From Eutreptiella sp. 'Long Island Sound 2002' (lineage: Eukaryota; Protista; Euglenida): a stretch of 64,000 bases of DNA. Positions 11,300-22,173 of this stretch are shown here, piece by piece. The stretch covers positions 40,734,001 to 40,798,000 of the forward strand of contig OZ038379.1 in assembly GCA_964036045.1 (NCBI GenBank), written 5' to 3'. The notes under the pieces were generated by a model. The model ran no database searches. It saw nothing but the letters and a program-made list of their open reading frames with translations, and was not told the DNA's origin. The translations under genes and the position numbers were made by a program. The stretch's first letter is position 1, and each line of letters begins with the position of its first letter.

Positions 11300-14200
11300 G
11301 TTTGCTGTTTCGCTGCATCTACACGGTGCACTCCACCTAGGGACATCAAAGCTGCCCCTAGCGCCCCAGCTAAGCAAACACCACCGAGGTCCAAAGCCCC
11401 GAACCCCCGCAAAGGGTTTAGACATCATGTGTCCGCAATGCGGCATCACAGACTTCTATTCACTACGCTACAACACCAGTGGCGACCATTCTTGGGGTCT
11501 CGACGTCCCTAAAGGGATCGCACCGGCACCGGTAACGTGCATTGATGTTCAAATTCACCTGCAAGAAACAGCATCTTCATCCGCCCCCGCATCAAACACC
11601 ACCTCCTTACTGCTTGCGTGTGCACAGTACGAACCGCCACCGCGGGACTCTCAACAACGCAACAGGCCAAGGGCTGCACACTCTCGGCCGCTCCACGTTG
11701 GCCGCCACGTGGACCAACGGCCGGCGACGAGTATTGGGCTGCAAGTTCCGGTCCCCCACTGCGGAGATGTCCAACGAGAACGAGCCCCAATTGCAGACCT
11801 CATGCCATGTCAGTCGGATACAGATGATCCCAACTGGGGATGGCCCCCCGCCGGGTTGCTGTACCACGTAGAGGGGCTCTACAGGGGCACAGGAAGACCC
11901 CAGCTAGAAATGGCTCCCTTCCGATCTGCTCTATCGCCCGGCGGAACCCCCGACCACTAGCTCGGGCCTCACCATGGTCCTCATCGCATTAGCTCGGGGA
12001 GGCCCTCGGAGAACAAGGAGAGGTGTCTTCGCTTGATGGATGGGGAGGGGGCCATTATTCCATTTAAACCTTGAGACAGGGCCAAAGACAATGCTGCCCT
12101 CTGTGCTACGAGGATGCTTTGCTGTTCCCGCTACCATGTCACCCGCTGCACCAGCTCTGCACCCTATGTGCATACGACCCCCGGCTTTAAGGATGCCCAT
12201 GGCGATGCGCCTCCCATGGACGCGCGGGGCACCTCGAAGAACCACCCCCCGCCCCCGCAGGGATTCAACCCGGAGATGAAGATTACATGGACCTCGACAC
12301 GGAATATCCCGAAATGGGTTTCAACCCAAGGTTTGGGCCTTATTACCCTGGTCGGGACGACACATGACACCTCAGTTTAGCATGCGGCCACCCGGGGAAG
12401 GCGGGCGTAGTCATAGTTCACCAATCCAACCGCGTGTGCGGAGGCGGCACTGTGCACCATCAGGCCGGCACGAGCTGCCACATCGCGATGGCCTTCATAT
12501 CACTGCCGCCGTTGTGGCACACACAGGCTGGTAGGAGGCTATTTCTCAAATGCTCGGTGATGCCAGAGCCACAGAACTCGTGAGTCACCGTCCAATGTAG
12601 CCCACCACAGCAGCAGGGGAAGTGCAGTCGGATCATATGGGCATCGCACTCCATTCACCTAGACACCCCGCAAGTCATGCACAATCGCCCTGCACGCGCC
12701 CAGTTGTCCTGAGTGGCGTAGCGCCCACCCGGCTTTGGGCCACCCCCTACCGGCGCGCTCTCGGCATAACCCACCACAAAGTGGAATAGAGGCACCCATA
12801 CGGTGTTTCGCCGCACCCGTTGCACAATACAGGATGTACCAACCATGATGGGACACGGCCGCCTTCGCAGCGTGGAGACCACATGTCCTGCCACACAACA
12901 TTGCAGGCCCCATGGGAGCGGAGAAGGGCACCCGCCAGTGCACGAGCAGTGGAACTACGGAGTAGGCTCTGCTTCGTCTGGTACAACGTGGACGCCGGGA
13001 CGAAAACTGGCTATCCGTTCAATCCCCCCGAGTGCTATTCGAGTAGCCGGGGCCACCGCACTGCCCGGATACTCAGTTTGCCCCCCGCAAGGAGCCTCCA
13101 CCCATAGTCCTGCACAATCTCCCCGATGACGTGTACCCCTGCTTGACTAGGGCTCCCGGCCGATGCGACCACCGGCCTAAGGTCCAAGGTATCCAATGTG
13201 TGACGGGTGTCTGCAGCCACGTTGTCATCCCCAACCGGCAGCAACAGCAGCACCTCTATGATACGACCTCGCACTTCGTCCCGTTGGATCCGCGCAAGTT
13301 GCTTAGACCCCACCAGAACCGCCATGCACCTTTGCCCCTCCGCCACCCTGACGATCCTCCGCAGCTGCTTGTCATACAGCCAGAGTTCCCCCACCTCCAA
13401 TACGGTGGCCACCGGTAGAACCGGGAGGGAGCACAACGGTTGTTGGAAGACGGACAACACTTCACGGGGCCAACCCGTGATGTTCCCAACAGCAAGATGG
13501 CTTGCAAACACCTTGAGCCGGGGCTCGTCACCAAAATCTCAGTCACGCACCATGATACCACGGATGGTGGCCCAAGACTGCGCGGACACTGTACGGGACC
13601 GCTCCCGGAATGCGGGGAAGTCTTGGGCTACCCAAGATTCGATCCAATGGCCAAAGGACGGCGCTGCCGCCGCCATCAACTGGGGAAATGTGGACATGGC
13701 CTCAGCGTGCGTAAGGTACGACCTGGACACCAGCAAAGCGTGCAGCGGCGCCCATTGAAAGGCCGCCTAAAGGCTGCTTGCGAGGTCATCAAAAGGGTTC
13801 CACGACGGCAGCTGCCTAACCCTTCCAGACGGCGGACAAAAGGGGCCATCACCTAGCAGGAATGTATACGCAGCCTTCCTCCGATCTCCCGGCAGCGGTT
13901 GCATAATCTTGGTGAGCCGATGATTCCTCCAGGCGCGCCCATCTTCCCCAATCTGGATCACGTCCTGCGGGAACAGCTTGGCCTTCACCGGGCCCCTGGA
14001 CAACGCATCCATCACCGCCGCGATCAGCCGCTTGAGGTCTGCTCCGACTACTCCTGTCATTAGGGACTCCGTCCACCTGCATCCATGCTCTTTCCACAAC
14101 ATGAACTCCATGGCTTTGTGCGTGAGCGGCAGGTCCGTAGTGAGCTCCTCAACTTTGGCACACAGTAGCGGTGCCACCACTTCGTGCCTGTCCCACAATA

Positions 14201-15364
14201 TGCGCATGTGGCCCGTGTCTTCCTCGGTTCCTCCAAAGAAGATGCGGGGGAGCGTCGTGATCACCGTACCGGTGATTTTTTGCGCCAGTGTCGCACGACT
14301 TGCATGGTGGGGAGGCGGCTGTCCCCAGCTCGCAGCAAGTCTCGGTGTGGAAACCCATGATGCACCGTTCCCAAAGGCACGGCTTCACAAGCACCCGCTG
14401 ACGGTGTGTGGGCCTTAGTGCGCCCTGCCAACGAGTTCCACACCACTTCCCTGACTTGCTGGATGGCCCGCATGGAGGGCACATGTGGTTCTAGCACCCC
14501 ACCTTCATCAGGCACCAAGAGGGTTACGTGTTCCTTTGTTAACATGAGGTGTATGGGCGGGGCCTTTGCGTGGGCCGCAGCAAAGTCTGGCTCCTCCAGC
14601 GGGACTGCTGCCAAGTGCGAGCTCTACCAAGTGCGAGCTTTGCCGTACCACCCAGTGATGGGGTCCTCCTACTCTTCGTGGCAGTCGACGCAGCCCCTCC
14701 ACGACCCACCGCGGTAAAGGGCTTCCTGAGCCCTGCATAGGTGCGCCACTATGATGGAGGCATCCACAACACGAACCGTGAGGTCTGATGGAGGCATCTG
14801 GCGCACGTAAGGGGCTGCCCCGATGATCTCCACCTCGGCGACCGTGCCGCGAATCGCACCTGCTCACGTGGGGCTACCATGGCTCCCCACTGCCACGTTG
14901 GTGACCTGGTCTTCTTGGGGAGAGGCATCAGACGACGTGACCTTCGCTGCCACTGACACCAAGCAGCACCTATGGGGCTCCAGCCATGCCACGTCCGAAT
15001 GTGGGCTCACCACGACTCTTCCTAGCAACGCTACATTGGAAGCCGCCAGCTCCGGAGAGAGAACAGCTCCCGGCCAATGCACTCCATGTCGCCGCCAGTG
15101 TACGTCGCATCCGCATATGCACTTCATGGCGTCGAGGGCCGTGGTATACTCCGCCCCCCACACGGTCGTGGAACCGAGCGGCTGATACACCACGAGCGGT
15201 CCGTGCTCCACCGGCCCCACCTTCGCGCAGCGAAGTGACGGCGACGTGCCGATCATGTGGCACTTTGTCCAACTTGACCCCCTCCGGGACCGGGCTCACA
15301 TCGTCATCAGGGACAGGGCCTGACGGCAGTAGTAGTACTATGGCCCATTCCTCTCGTCCCCACA
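11300..15364 (-). mobile_element. LINE-B 3' segment (RNase H-like region, degenerate Zn knuckle, long C-terminal region)
   Basis: Reading frame joins the 22174 segment (..ACRAV|WGREEWAIVLL..). SSDAS / VAEVE / VVDAS resemble the RNase H acidic triad; GGTEEDTGHMRIL resembles a decayed knuckle. 3' end is uncertain (11.3-12.4 kb). Confidence 0.7.
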
Positions 15365-15544
15365 TGAGGTGCAGCCAGACAGGATGAGGCCGACAACCCC
15401 CCCCTTCCGGAGGTGGTGTATTCCAGGACCATACCCCCTCACATCCTATGACTTCTAGGTACTAAAACTTGTTCCCTATGCCAAGGGGACCCCGTGGACA
15501 CCGGTGCCGCCATGTGCGCACGGGCCGTGAGCATTTCGTAAAAT

Positions 15545-15700
15545 CCCACGACAGCCCCAAGACAGTCCTTGTCTTCACGACAACCCCCCTGTCTTGGTTC
15601 AGCTGTCTTACGACACCCCATTGCCTGGACACCTGTCGCGAAACCCTATCCTAAGACAGCCCCCTATCTCGGCAACTGTCCCACAGCCCTGTCGCAAAGC
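15545..15700. repeat. T1 GACAGG/CCTGTC motif cluster 1 (subterminal)
   Basis: Repeated AAGACAG, CCTGTC, GACAGCCCC. Confidence 0.7.
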
Positions 15701-15737
15701 ACCATTTTGGATTTCATTCGTCTCCTTGGGCCTTTCG

Positions 15738-17415
15738 TCATCCGATGTGTCGCTTCTTGTCCTTTGTGTCATGCAACGCATGCCACAACTGCAAGCCCAC
15801 GTCAAGAGCATCCGGCTCCAGTACGTGGGTGAATGCCCATGCACTAAAATAGGGGCGCGATATTTTATAACCTAGAAATGAATGGCAGATGTCCATCTTG
15901 AACTCCACGTTCCGCCTTTCCGTGAGGATGCTAGAAAAAATATAAAAATTGCGCCACTCAGCCGCAAACCACCCAGCACGGACACATGTCCAATGTACCC
16001 ACACTGTGGGTTGCGATTGCAACGCACGCCAATCATTCGCAAACTGCCCCACATCCCGCCTATACGACTCCACCTCCTTATTGGTCAAACCAATCTTGCC
16101 TGACCAACACTTTTCCATATACCACAACCTTAGGAGTATGCGCCAGATGACAGCATGCAGGGGGATGCTTGTCGGGCCTACAACCACATCCTCTTGAGGC
16201 CCCACATGCTACGAATAAGCTGCACCACTTTTGCGTGGTTCGCTTGATCTCGGGCAAACGACCTCCCCCCGGCTAGAACAAAGTTACCGTCCGTAGTGGG
16301 CCGCGGTGCGTCCCTGCTTTCGGACGGATGTGGGCGGCTGCTTGCATCACGGATTGCACTAAATTCCGCAGCAAAGGGCCAAGGGCATGGGCTTGTGAAA
16401 TCCGGCCATCCAAGCATAACCTTTTGAAAATTGCATTTACTATTCTACAGCAGCAATGTACCATGTCTCCCACACGGCGTGTTGGGGGTATGGAACGGAG
16501 GAAAACCCCCCATCGGATGGAAAGTAAAAAATCACTAAAGCGGAGGTTGTCACCTGCAAAATCCTCAAATGCGAGATCACAATGCCAACAAGCGCATTTA
16601 AGTTTCGGGTGCCCAGCGCACATCCCGTTCCCATCTCCCGTTAAGAAACGTTCCACCTCAACCGTCACGGTGGGGTTGGCAATCCCATTGCGTTGTAGCT
16701 CACCCACCTTGGTATCTAGTTGCCCTAATTTGTCGGCTAAACGCAAGGGATCGGCATCATCTGATCCATCGAACGTAAACCACGTGGACCAAAAACTAGG
16801 CTTCCCCGCGCTGCGTGTACTATCTGCTAAGTCGAAGTACACGACCCCACGTGTGGCACTTGCCTTCCAAAAAGGGGTGGCATCCACACAAATGACAATA
16901 CGAAACTTCGGAGGTACGCGGCCTTGGGGTTGTTCCATGTAGTGCAACTTCACGCATTGCTCCACCACGTCCCGGAGGTTGAAGAGGGCCCCGCAACGAG
17001 CCCGTCACACACTGGGCTTCAACACCACCAGCTTCGACCGGTAGGGGATGAGGGCTTGGCGCACCCGTCGTAGGGTGGCCCTTCTGCATGTCCTCGGGAG
17101 TTTGTCCCAATTGCAGACAGAAATTTTCACCCTTCGGAATTGGCCCACCAACAAAACTGCCTCCTCCTCACTCTCGTCGCAGTACTCAAACTGCCCCTCT
17201 GGCCGCAGAGTGTGATGCCCTTTGGTGTCCGTGATGATCTTGGTGGGTTCACGCAAAATTCCCGTGGCGGCTTCCTCCGGCATGCGCAAGCGCTCAGGGC
17301 GCCATCGGTTAGACAAAGTCCGACTAGGTGCCAAGTGAAGCTTGGCCACACTAGAGCACACGCTGTCAAGAATGTCAGGCAGGCTGCCAGGGGCCAGTTT
17401 CCTGTCAACAAACAA
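15738..17415 (-). pseudogene. T1 DDE transposase, RAG1/Transib/Chapaev-CACTA clade (~550 aa; one stop, about two frameshifts)
   Basis: Motifs in order: RIVICVDAT (D1), FLTGDG (D2), CACWHC, GDMVHC, VWVHWTC(R)AG, FSSILTERRNVEFK (E). These parallel mouse RAG1 D600, D708, C727/C730, DALHC, H937/H942 and E962. Confidence 0.8.
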
Positions 17416-17469
17416 TGCAACACCATGCAGCCAGCACCGAAACCAACAACTTTCTCACGCACTGTGTTC

Positions 17470-17690
17470 AAGACAAGTTAATAAGACAAGGGTCATGAGG
17501 GGGGTCTGTCTCAAGACAGGTTGCCAAGAAAGGTGCTAATACACGGGTCTGTCGCTTGACAGACCCCTGTCTTAGTACCTGTCTTGGTTACCTGTCGCCG
17601 GACAGCCCCCCCGTCTTGGTACCTATCTTGGTAACCTGTCTTGCGAAATACCCGTGTCCTAACCCCTGTCTCGGTGTGTTGTCGTGGTAT
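17470..17690. repeat. T1 GACAGG/CCTGTC motif cluster 2 (upstream of the transposase)
   Basis: About ten AAGACAGG / CCTGTCTT-like motifs in both orientations. Confidence 0.75.
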
Positions 17691-18312
17691 CCCATCACCT
17701 TCATTCTCGGGGCATGTGGAGGAACCAAATTTCCACCCCCCCCCCCCCCTGCATTACCGTGGCACACACCCTTTTTGCATTGTGATCACAGCAAGCATCA
17801 GTGCTGCGGACATTCCATTGCATGGCGCATCAATTGTCATTCCGTGCTTCACTACGGCATGGCAACTCGGATTCAGTTCATATTGCTTCGATGGTTTTTA
17901 AAAGAAACTGAGCACCGTGGCACAATGAATTCTGTTGTCGGCTGCCCGTCAAGCACCTCTGCAACAAAAAGAAAGCAATGTATATCAGGCTCACACAGGG
18001 GAGCCACGTGACGACCAGGTGACACAATGTAAAATGAAAATCAGCCGCAGAAATTAAAAATTGTTGCTTGCACACTTTGTGCGACTCATGTAAACTGCGA
18101 TCCATGCATTGACACCCCCCCCCCAAGGTGCATGGAGAGGGTTGGTCAACTCCCTGTATCATAAAAAGGCCTGCCAGGATCCCCAAACAGGGGGTGACAG
18201 CAAAGTGTTCTTGGGGAGAAGGGGAGAATGCCAATGCTGAAAAAAACCCAAAAGGGACAACCTTGCATCGGAGTGGATTGGCCTTATTGGGACTGTGACT
18301 GGCTCAACTGCC

Positions 18313-19403
18313 CTATACTGCCTTGGACGGATACACATCCCGCCATTGTGCTGTCATCTCCTTCTGTGCATCAAGTTGCGTTTTCACGGTCTCCGCCAGG
18401 CTCCGTCCTTGGGCCAACCAGCCTTCAAGCTCCACCCGGAGGGCCTCGTGGTTGACTTGCACCGTGAGGTCCAAAACCTCCACTTGGGCCTCCGCGGCTT
18501 TCTTCTTGGCCTGCTCGAGCGCTTCCTTCAACGGGCCCACGACCTGGTGCTTCTTGTCATGATGCTTCCGGCGCTCCTCAAAAAGTGCCTCGTTGAGGGC
18601 AGGCTGGTGCTCCTTCTTCAGTGCACAGACCTCCGTGGCGTGCGCCTCCTTGAGCGCCTTGATCTCCGTGCCCGCGGCCCCCTTTGTGGGGCGTGGTGAT
18701 TGCCCCTCCCTTGCGTCGCTCCTTGTCGACAACACCAACTCCTCCAAGAGGCCCCTGTTGGTTTTCCGCTTCTTTGTGCAGTGTACGTCCGAGTCCGAAT
18801 CCCCTGTGTCTTGGGCCTCCGACTTCTCCGACTTGACTTGCACCGCCTCTTGTTCCCGTGACCGGAACTCATTCTCCAACGACGTGCGCACATGGTCCGC
18901 GACTGGCTCTCCCCCAAAGGTCGTGAACTTCGACAAGCTGGTTCAACGGCTGTGGTTCCATGTGTAGTTCAAGGGGGCCTGCACGACGAATCGCTCCTTG
19001 ATCTGCGTCTTACCCCCTCCACGAGGCTGAGTTGTGCACCGCACCACTGCTCCGAGCGTACCAAGTCCCAGGCATGGCTATTGACCGCAATGGGCATCTT
19101 CACGTCGCGCAGCTTGAGATGGCTCTCCCTGTCACATATGTTTACGACGGCTCTCCTATAGTACACCATCGGCCGCTTCAAGTCCCACGGGCCATCCGAC
19201 GGTATCCATACCACTGCACTGCCACACGGTACTGGGTCCGTGGTCTCCTCGCCCGACATGAGCGGGAATTCCCGCGAGGGGGCGGCTTGCGGCACCCCAT
19301 CTTTCTTCCCCGCATCCTTCTGCCCCGCGTCCTTATCCCCCTCATCCTTGTTAATGACGAACGGAACGGCGAACTCTGGGGGCGACGGGGTTGTCGGGTC
19401 CAT
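18313..19403 (-). pseudogene. T1 accessory ORF 2: globular N-terminal region plus C-terminal coiled coil
   Basis: ORFs 18969-19421 and 18313-18936 are linked by a disruption; E/K/A heptad-rich EIKALKEAHA..LKEALEQAKKKAAEAQ; basic patch KKRKTNR. Confidence 0.55.
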
Positions 19404-19469
19404 GGCCCAAAGAACATCCACTAAGGCCCCAAGTGAAAGAGCACGTAAGGGCAGGGGGGCGCGATAGGG

Positions 19470-19640
19470 ACTGCGACAAGCAGCTGACGTACGACAGGGA
19501 CTTGGGACATGGCAACAGACGGGGGGGTTGTCGTGGAACAGGGCATTAAGACAGGGTACAAGACAGGGTCTATCTTCGGACAGGGTGGCTTTCGGTAGGG
19601 CTCTTGTGGTGGGCTGTCGCGGGACAGGGAGCTATTGTGA
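19470..19640. repeat. T1 GACAGG motif cluster 3 (upstream of ORF 2)
   Basis: GACAGGG repeated about six times. Confidence 0.7.
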
Positions 19641-19839
19641 TGCCTGTTGTAGGCGGCTTTCGCCACACACGGATCGCAAAGGAAATTAGTAAACGCGCGT
19701 CGTGCGCAGCGTGGGAATTTTCTAGGTAGTGCACTTGATGAAAAGCAAACGCCCAATGCACGGCATCCTCCGTGCCACTCTCGTCGCTACCAGACTGGGC
19801 CTTGTTCCCCTTCTTTGGTGTTGCAACCTTGGAAACCCT

Positions 19840-21808
19840 TCAGAATTGTTTGTCCCGTGGGGTGATCAAGCCGTAGTACCGCGCGATTCGATAATCTAAG
19901 AGAGCCGGTTGCGGGGGAACAACCGTGCACCACAAACGACGACAACGTGTGGCTGAGAATTGCGGATCAGGCGGAGACCGGACAGCAAAGACCCCGAACA
20001 GCACGTTGCGAAGAATGATACCCACACCCGGAGGAGGTGAACGGTGGCGAGGACGGTGTCGGAACCCGTGGGAATGATGGAGTTGCCATGGCAAAACTGA
20101 CGTAATGGACAATGCTCAGGGCTGGGTGCAGCGTCCCCCATGCTCCGCACGTCCGTGACTGCCCAAGGCATGTCAACCACCGCGAGGTACAAGTGGGTAT
20201 TCTCGTCGCACAACATGAAGAAGCTTGCCGTACCGGGCAGACTCGGGCTGTCAGTGACCATCTTCGCCTTGAATTCCAAGTGCCAACGTGGGTTGGTGAG
20301 GCACAGCCCACAACATGTACCAGCCCGAGAGCAGATCCGGCACACTAGCTCTTCTTGACCAAGCGTGCACGGGGACCTTTTGCTGGGGGTTTGCTTCTTG
20401 TTGCACCCCGTGCATGGTCCGACTTGACCAAGATTGTCCGGTGGAGGGTCCATGGTGCAATCAAGGGGCGGCAAAAACTGGATATCCGGCACGGTGGGTC
20501 ACACGATGTGCCCAAAGCCCATAACAATGAGGACCAACGGCTCATACATACCGTTGCCCTTCCCAGAAAGGCGAACATTGTAGTCCGATGGGCAAATCAA
20601 CGACTCGCCGGCCACCGTGGGGAATGGCAACGTATTCCATGACTGCGGCAAACCCCCAGAACATAATGGGACGAAGTACCCGTTCATCGTACTATCCGCC
20701 GCATGTGACCCAACAACGAGAGTGTAGGACATGAGAAAGATCCCGTCGTCAGGAACAGAGCGTCTTTGAACTGCACGATGAACCGGCCCCGGTGACTCAT
20801 TGGGAAGCCACACCAAGTTCACGAACAAAAGGTGGAGCTACTTTTGGGCACCCGCTAAGGACGTTCGCACCCTGTCCCGTTGCTTCCTGGCAAACCCGCG
20901 AACTTGTGGTAAAGGAGCCGTGTAACCATGGGACAGACTTGTCACTTCCTCTGCCGAAAGACGAGCCACGTCCACAAGGTACAGATCCTGATGAGGGGCT
21001 TCACTGCAACCGTCTCCCATTCAAACTTTTTGTGGGCCGCCCTCACCTCTTGTCGTACCTCGTCGATCCTCTCGATGGATTCTTGCGCTAGAACGTATGA
21101 CTGGCGTCGATCGCGGTCCTCCCCATGGGCCTCCAGCGGTGTGGTACAGTCTGCCTCCTTAACACGGTCGTCGGACACCCCAATCGGGAGTGGTGGTGGT
21201 AGGGAGGGGATGGTGATGGGGTCGTTGTTGTGCGTCACCCACAGCCCAGCGCACGTTGTTCCTGGGCCATGTGCACTCCATTAGAGAGGGGAGTCCCTTC
21301 GGAGGGACTACACGGGGCTTGACAAACTTGGATCCTTCTCAATGCACAAGCAGAGGCGGTGCTGCAAAGGTCCTTGCCGAATGCGTTTTTTCGAGAGGCC
21401 CCTTGGGGGGCATCTGCGCGGAGGTCCAAACACCCGTCGTCATCCAGGTTGTCAAGGTACACCATTTCCTGGCCGCCATCCACATCCACGGTAGCTTGGG
21501 CATACTCAAATAGGTGCTCCATGTGTTCGCCACTGGTCTTCGCCACTAGGCCGTGCCACCACCACTTGCAGACCTGAGTTCCCTTCGAGAAATTCGTGGA
21601 GGACGTCGCTAAAGCACCCGGGGGATCGCTTGGCGGTGAACGCGGGCAGCATCTTGACATCCGCCATTGCACCATCACATTGCACATGCATACTCTCCCT
21701 TGCGAGGATGTACTGTGTGGGCATTTTGGCGGCATGGACCACTACTGCCCCCGTTTTGGCCCCCATACCGCCAATCTGGCCCTTGGCAAGGTTGTCCACT
21801 TTTGGCAT
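19840..21808 (-). pseudogene. T1 accessory ORF 3 (~650 aa, disrupted) with a Cys-rich putative zinc finger
   Basis: Chain of ORFs from ATG 21808 (MPKVDNLAKG); C-x2-C-x11-C-x8-C-x2-C-x5-CC-x2-C-x6-H at ~20280-20414. Confidence 0.5.
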
Positions 21809-21819
21809 TGCAAAGTGGA

Positions 21820-21990
21820 CACAGGTGCTAATACAAGACAGGTGCCGTAGACAAGTTTCAAGACTGGGGGTTGTCCGTGGACAGGAGGTGCACACAGGCT
21901 TCAAGACAGGCGGCTGTTGTAAAATAGGTGGCACAAGACATGGGGGCTGTCGTCCAACAGACCCCTGTCTTGTGCAAGGACAGGGGCTGT
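21820..21990. repeat. T1 GACAGG motif cluster 4 (subterminal, upstream of ORF 3)
   Basis: AAGACAGG, GACAGG, CCCCTGTCTT repeated. Confidence 0.75.
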
Positions 21991-22173
21991 TGCGAAAAAA
22001 AAAGTTGGCCAAAACGCAAGCGCACAACGCAACCACTTCTATATTCGGGGTAATGTCACCTTCCTGACCGAACAGAAACCCCAAGAGCATGCACAGGTGC
22101 GGGGTGTGGAGCCCCAAAAATGTGCTACAACACGGGGGGGCCTGTCGGCCTCATCCTATCTGCCCGCACCTCA

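Larger units (their letters stand above)
15365..22173 (-). mobile_element. T1: 6809-bp cut-and-paste DNA transposon with a RAG1/Transib/CMC-like transposase and two accessory ORFs
   Basis: 40-bp TIRs (15365-15404 vs 22134-22173, 35/40 identical, TGAGGTGC...GCACCTCA); CA at 15363-64 and 22174-75; excision restores the LINE-B frame. Confidence 0.92.

Noticed and set aside
15738-21808. ProtoRAG (RAG1L + RAG2L)
   Set aside because: No kelch-like RAG2 recognised, genes are tandem rather than convergent, and the TIRs lack the CAC heptamer-like start and 5-bp TSD.
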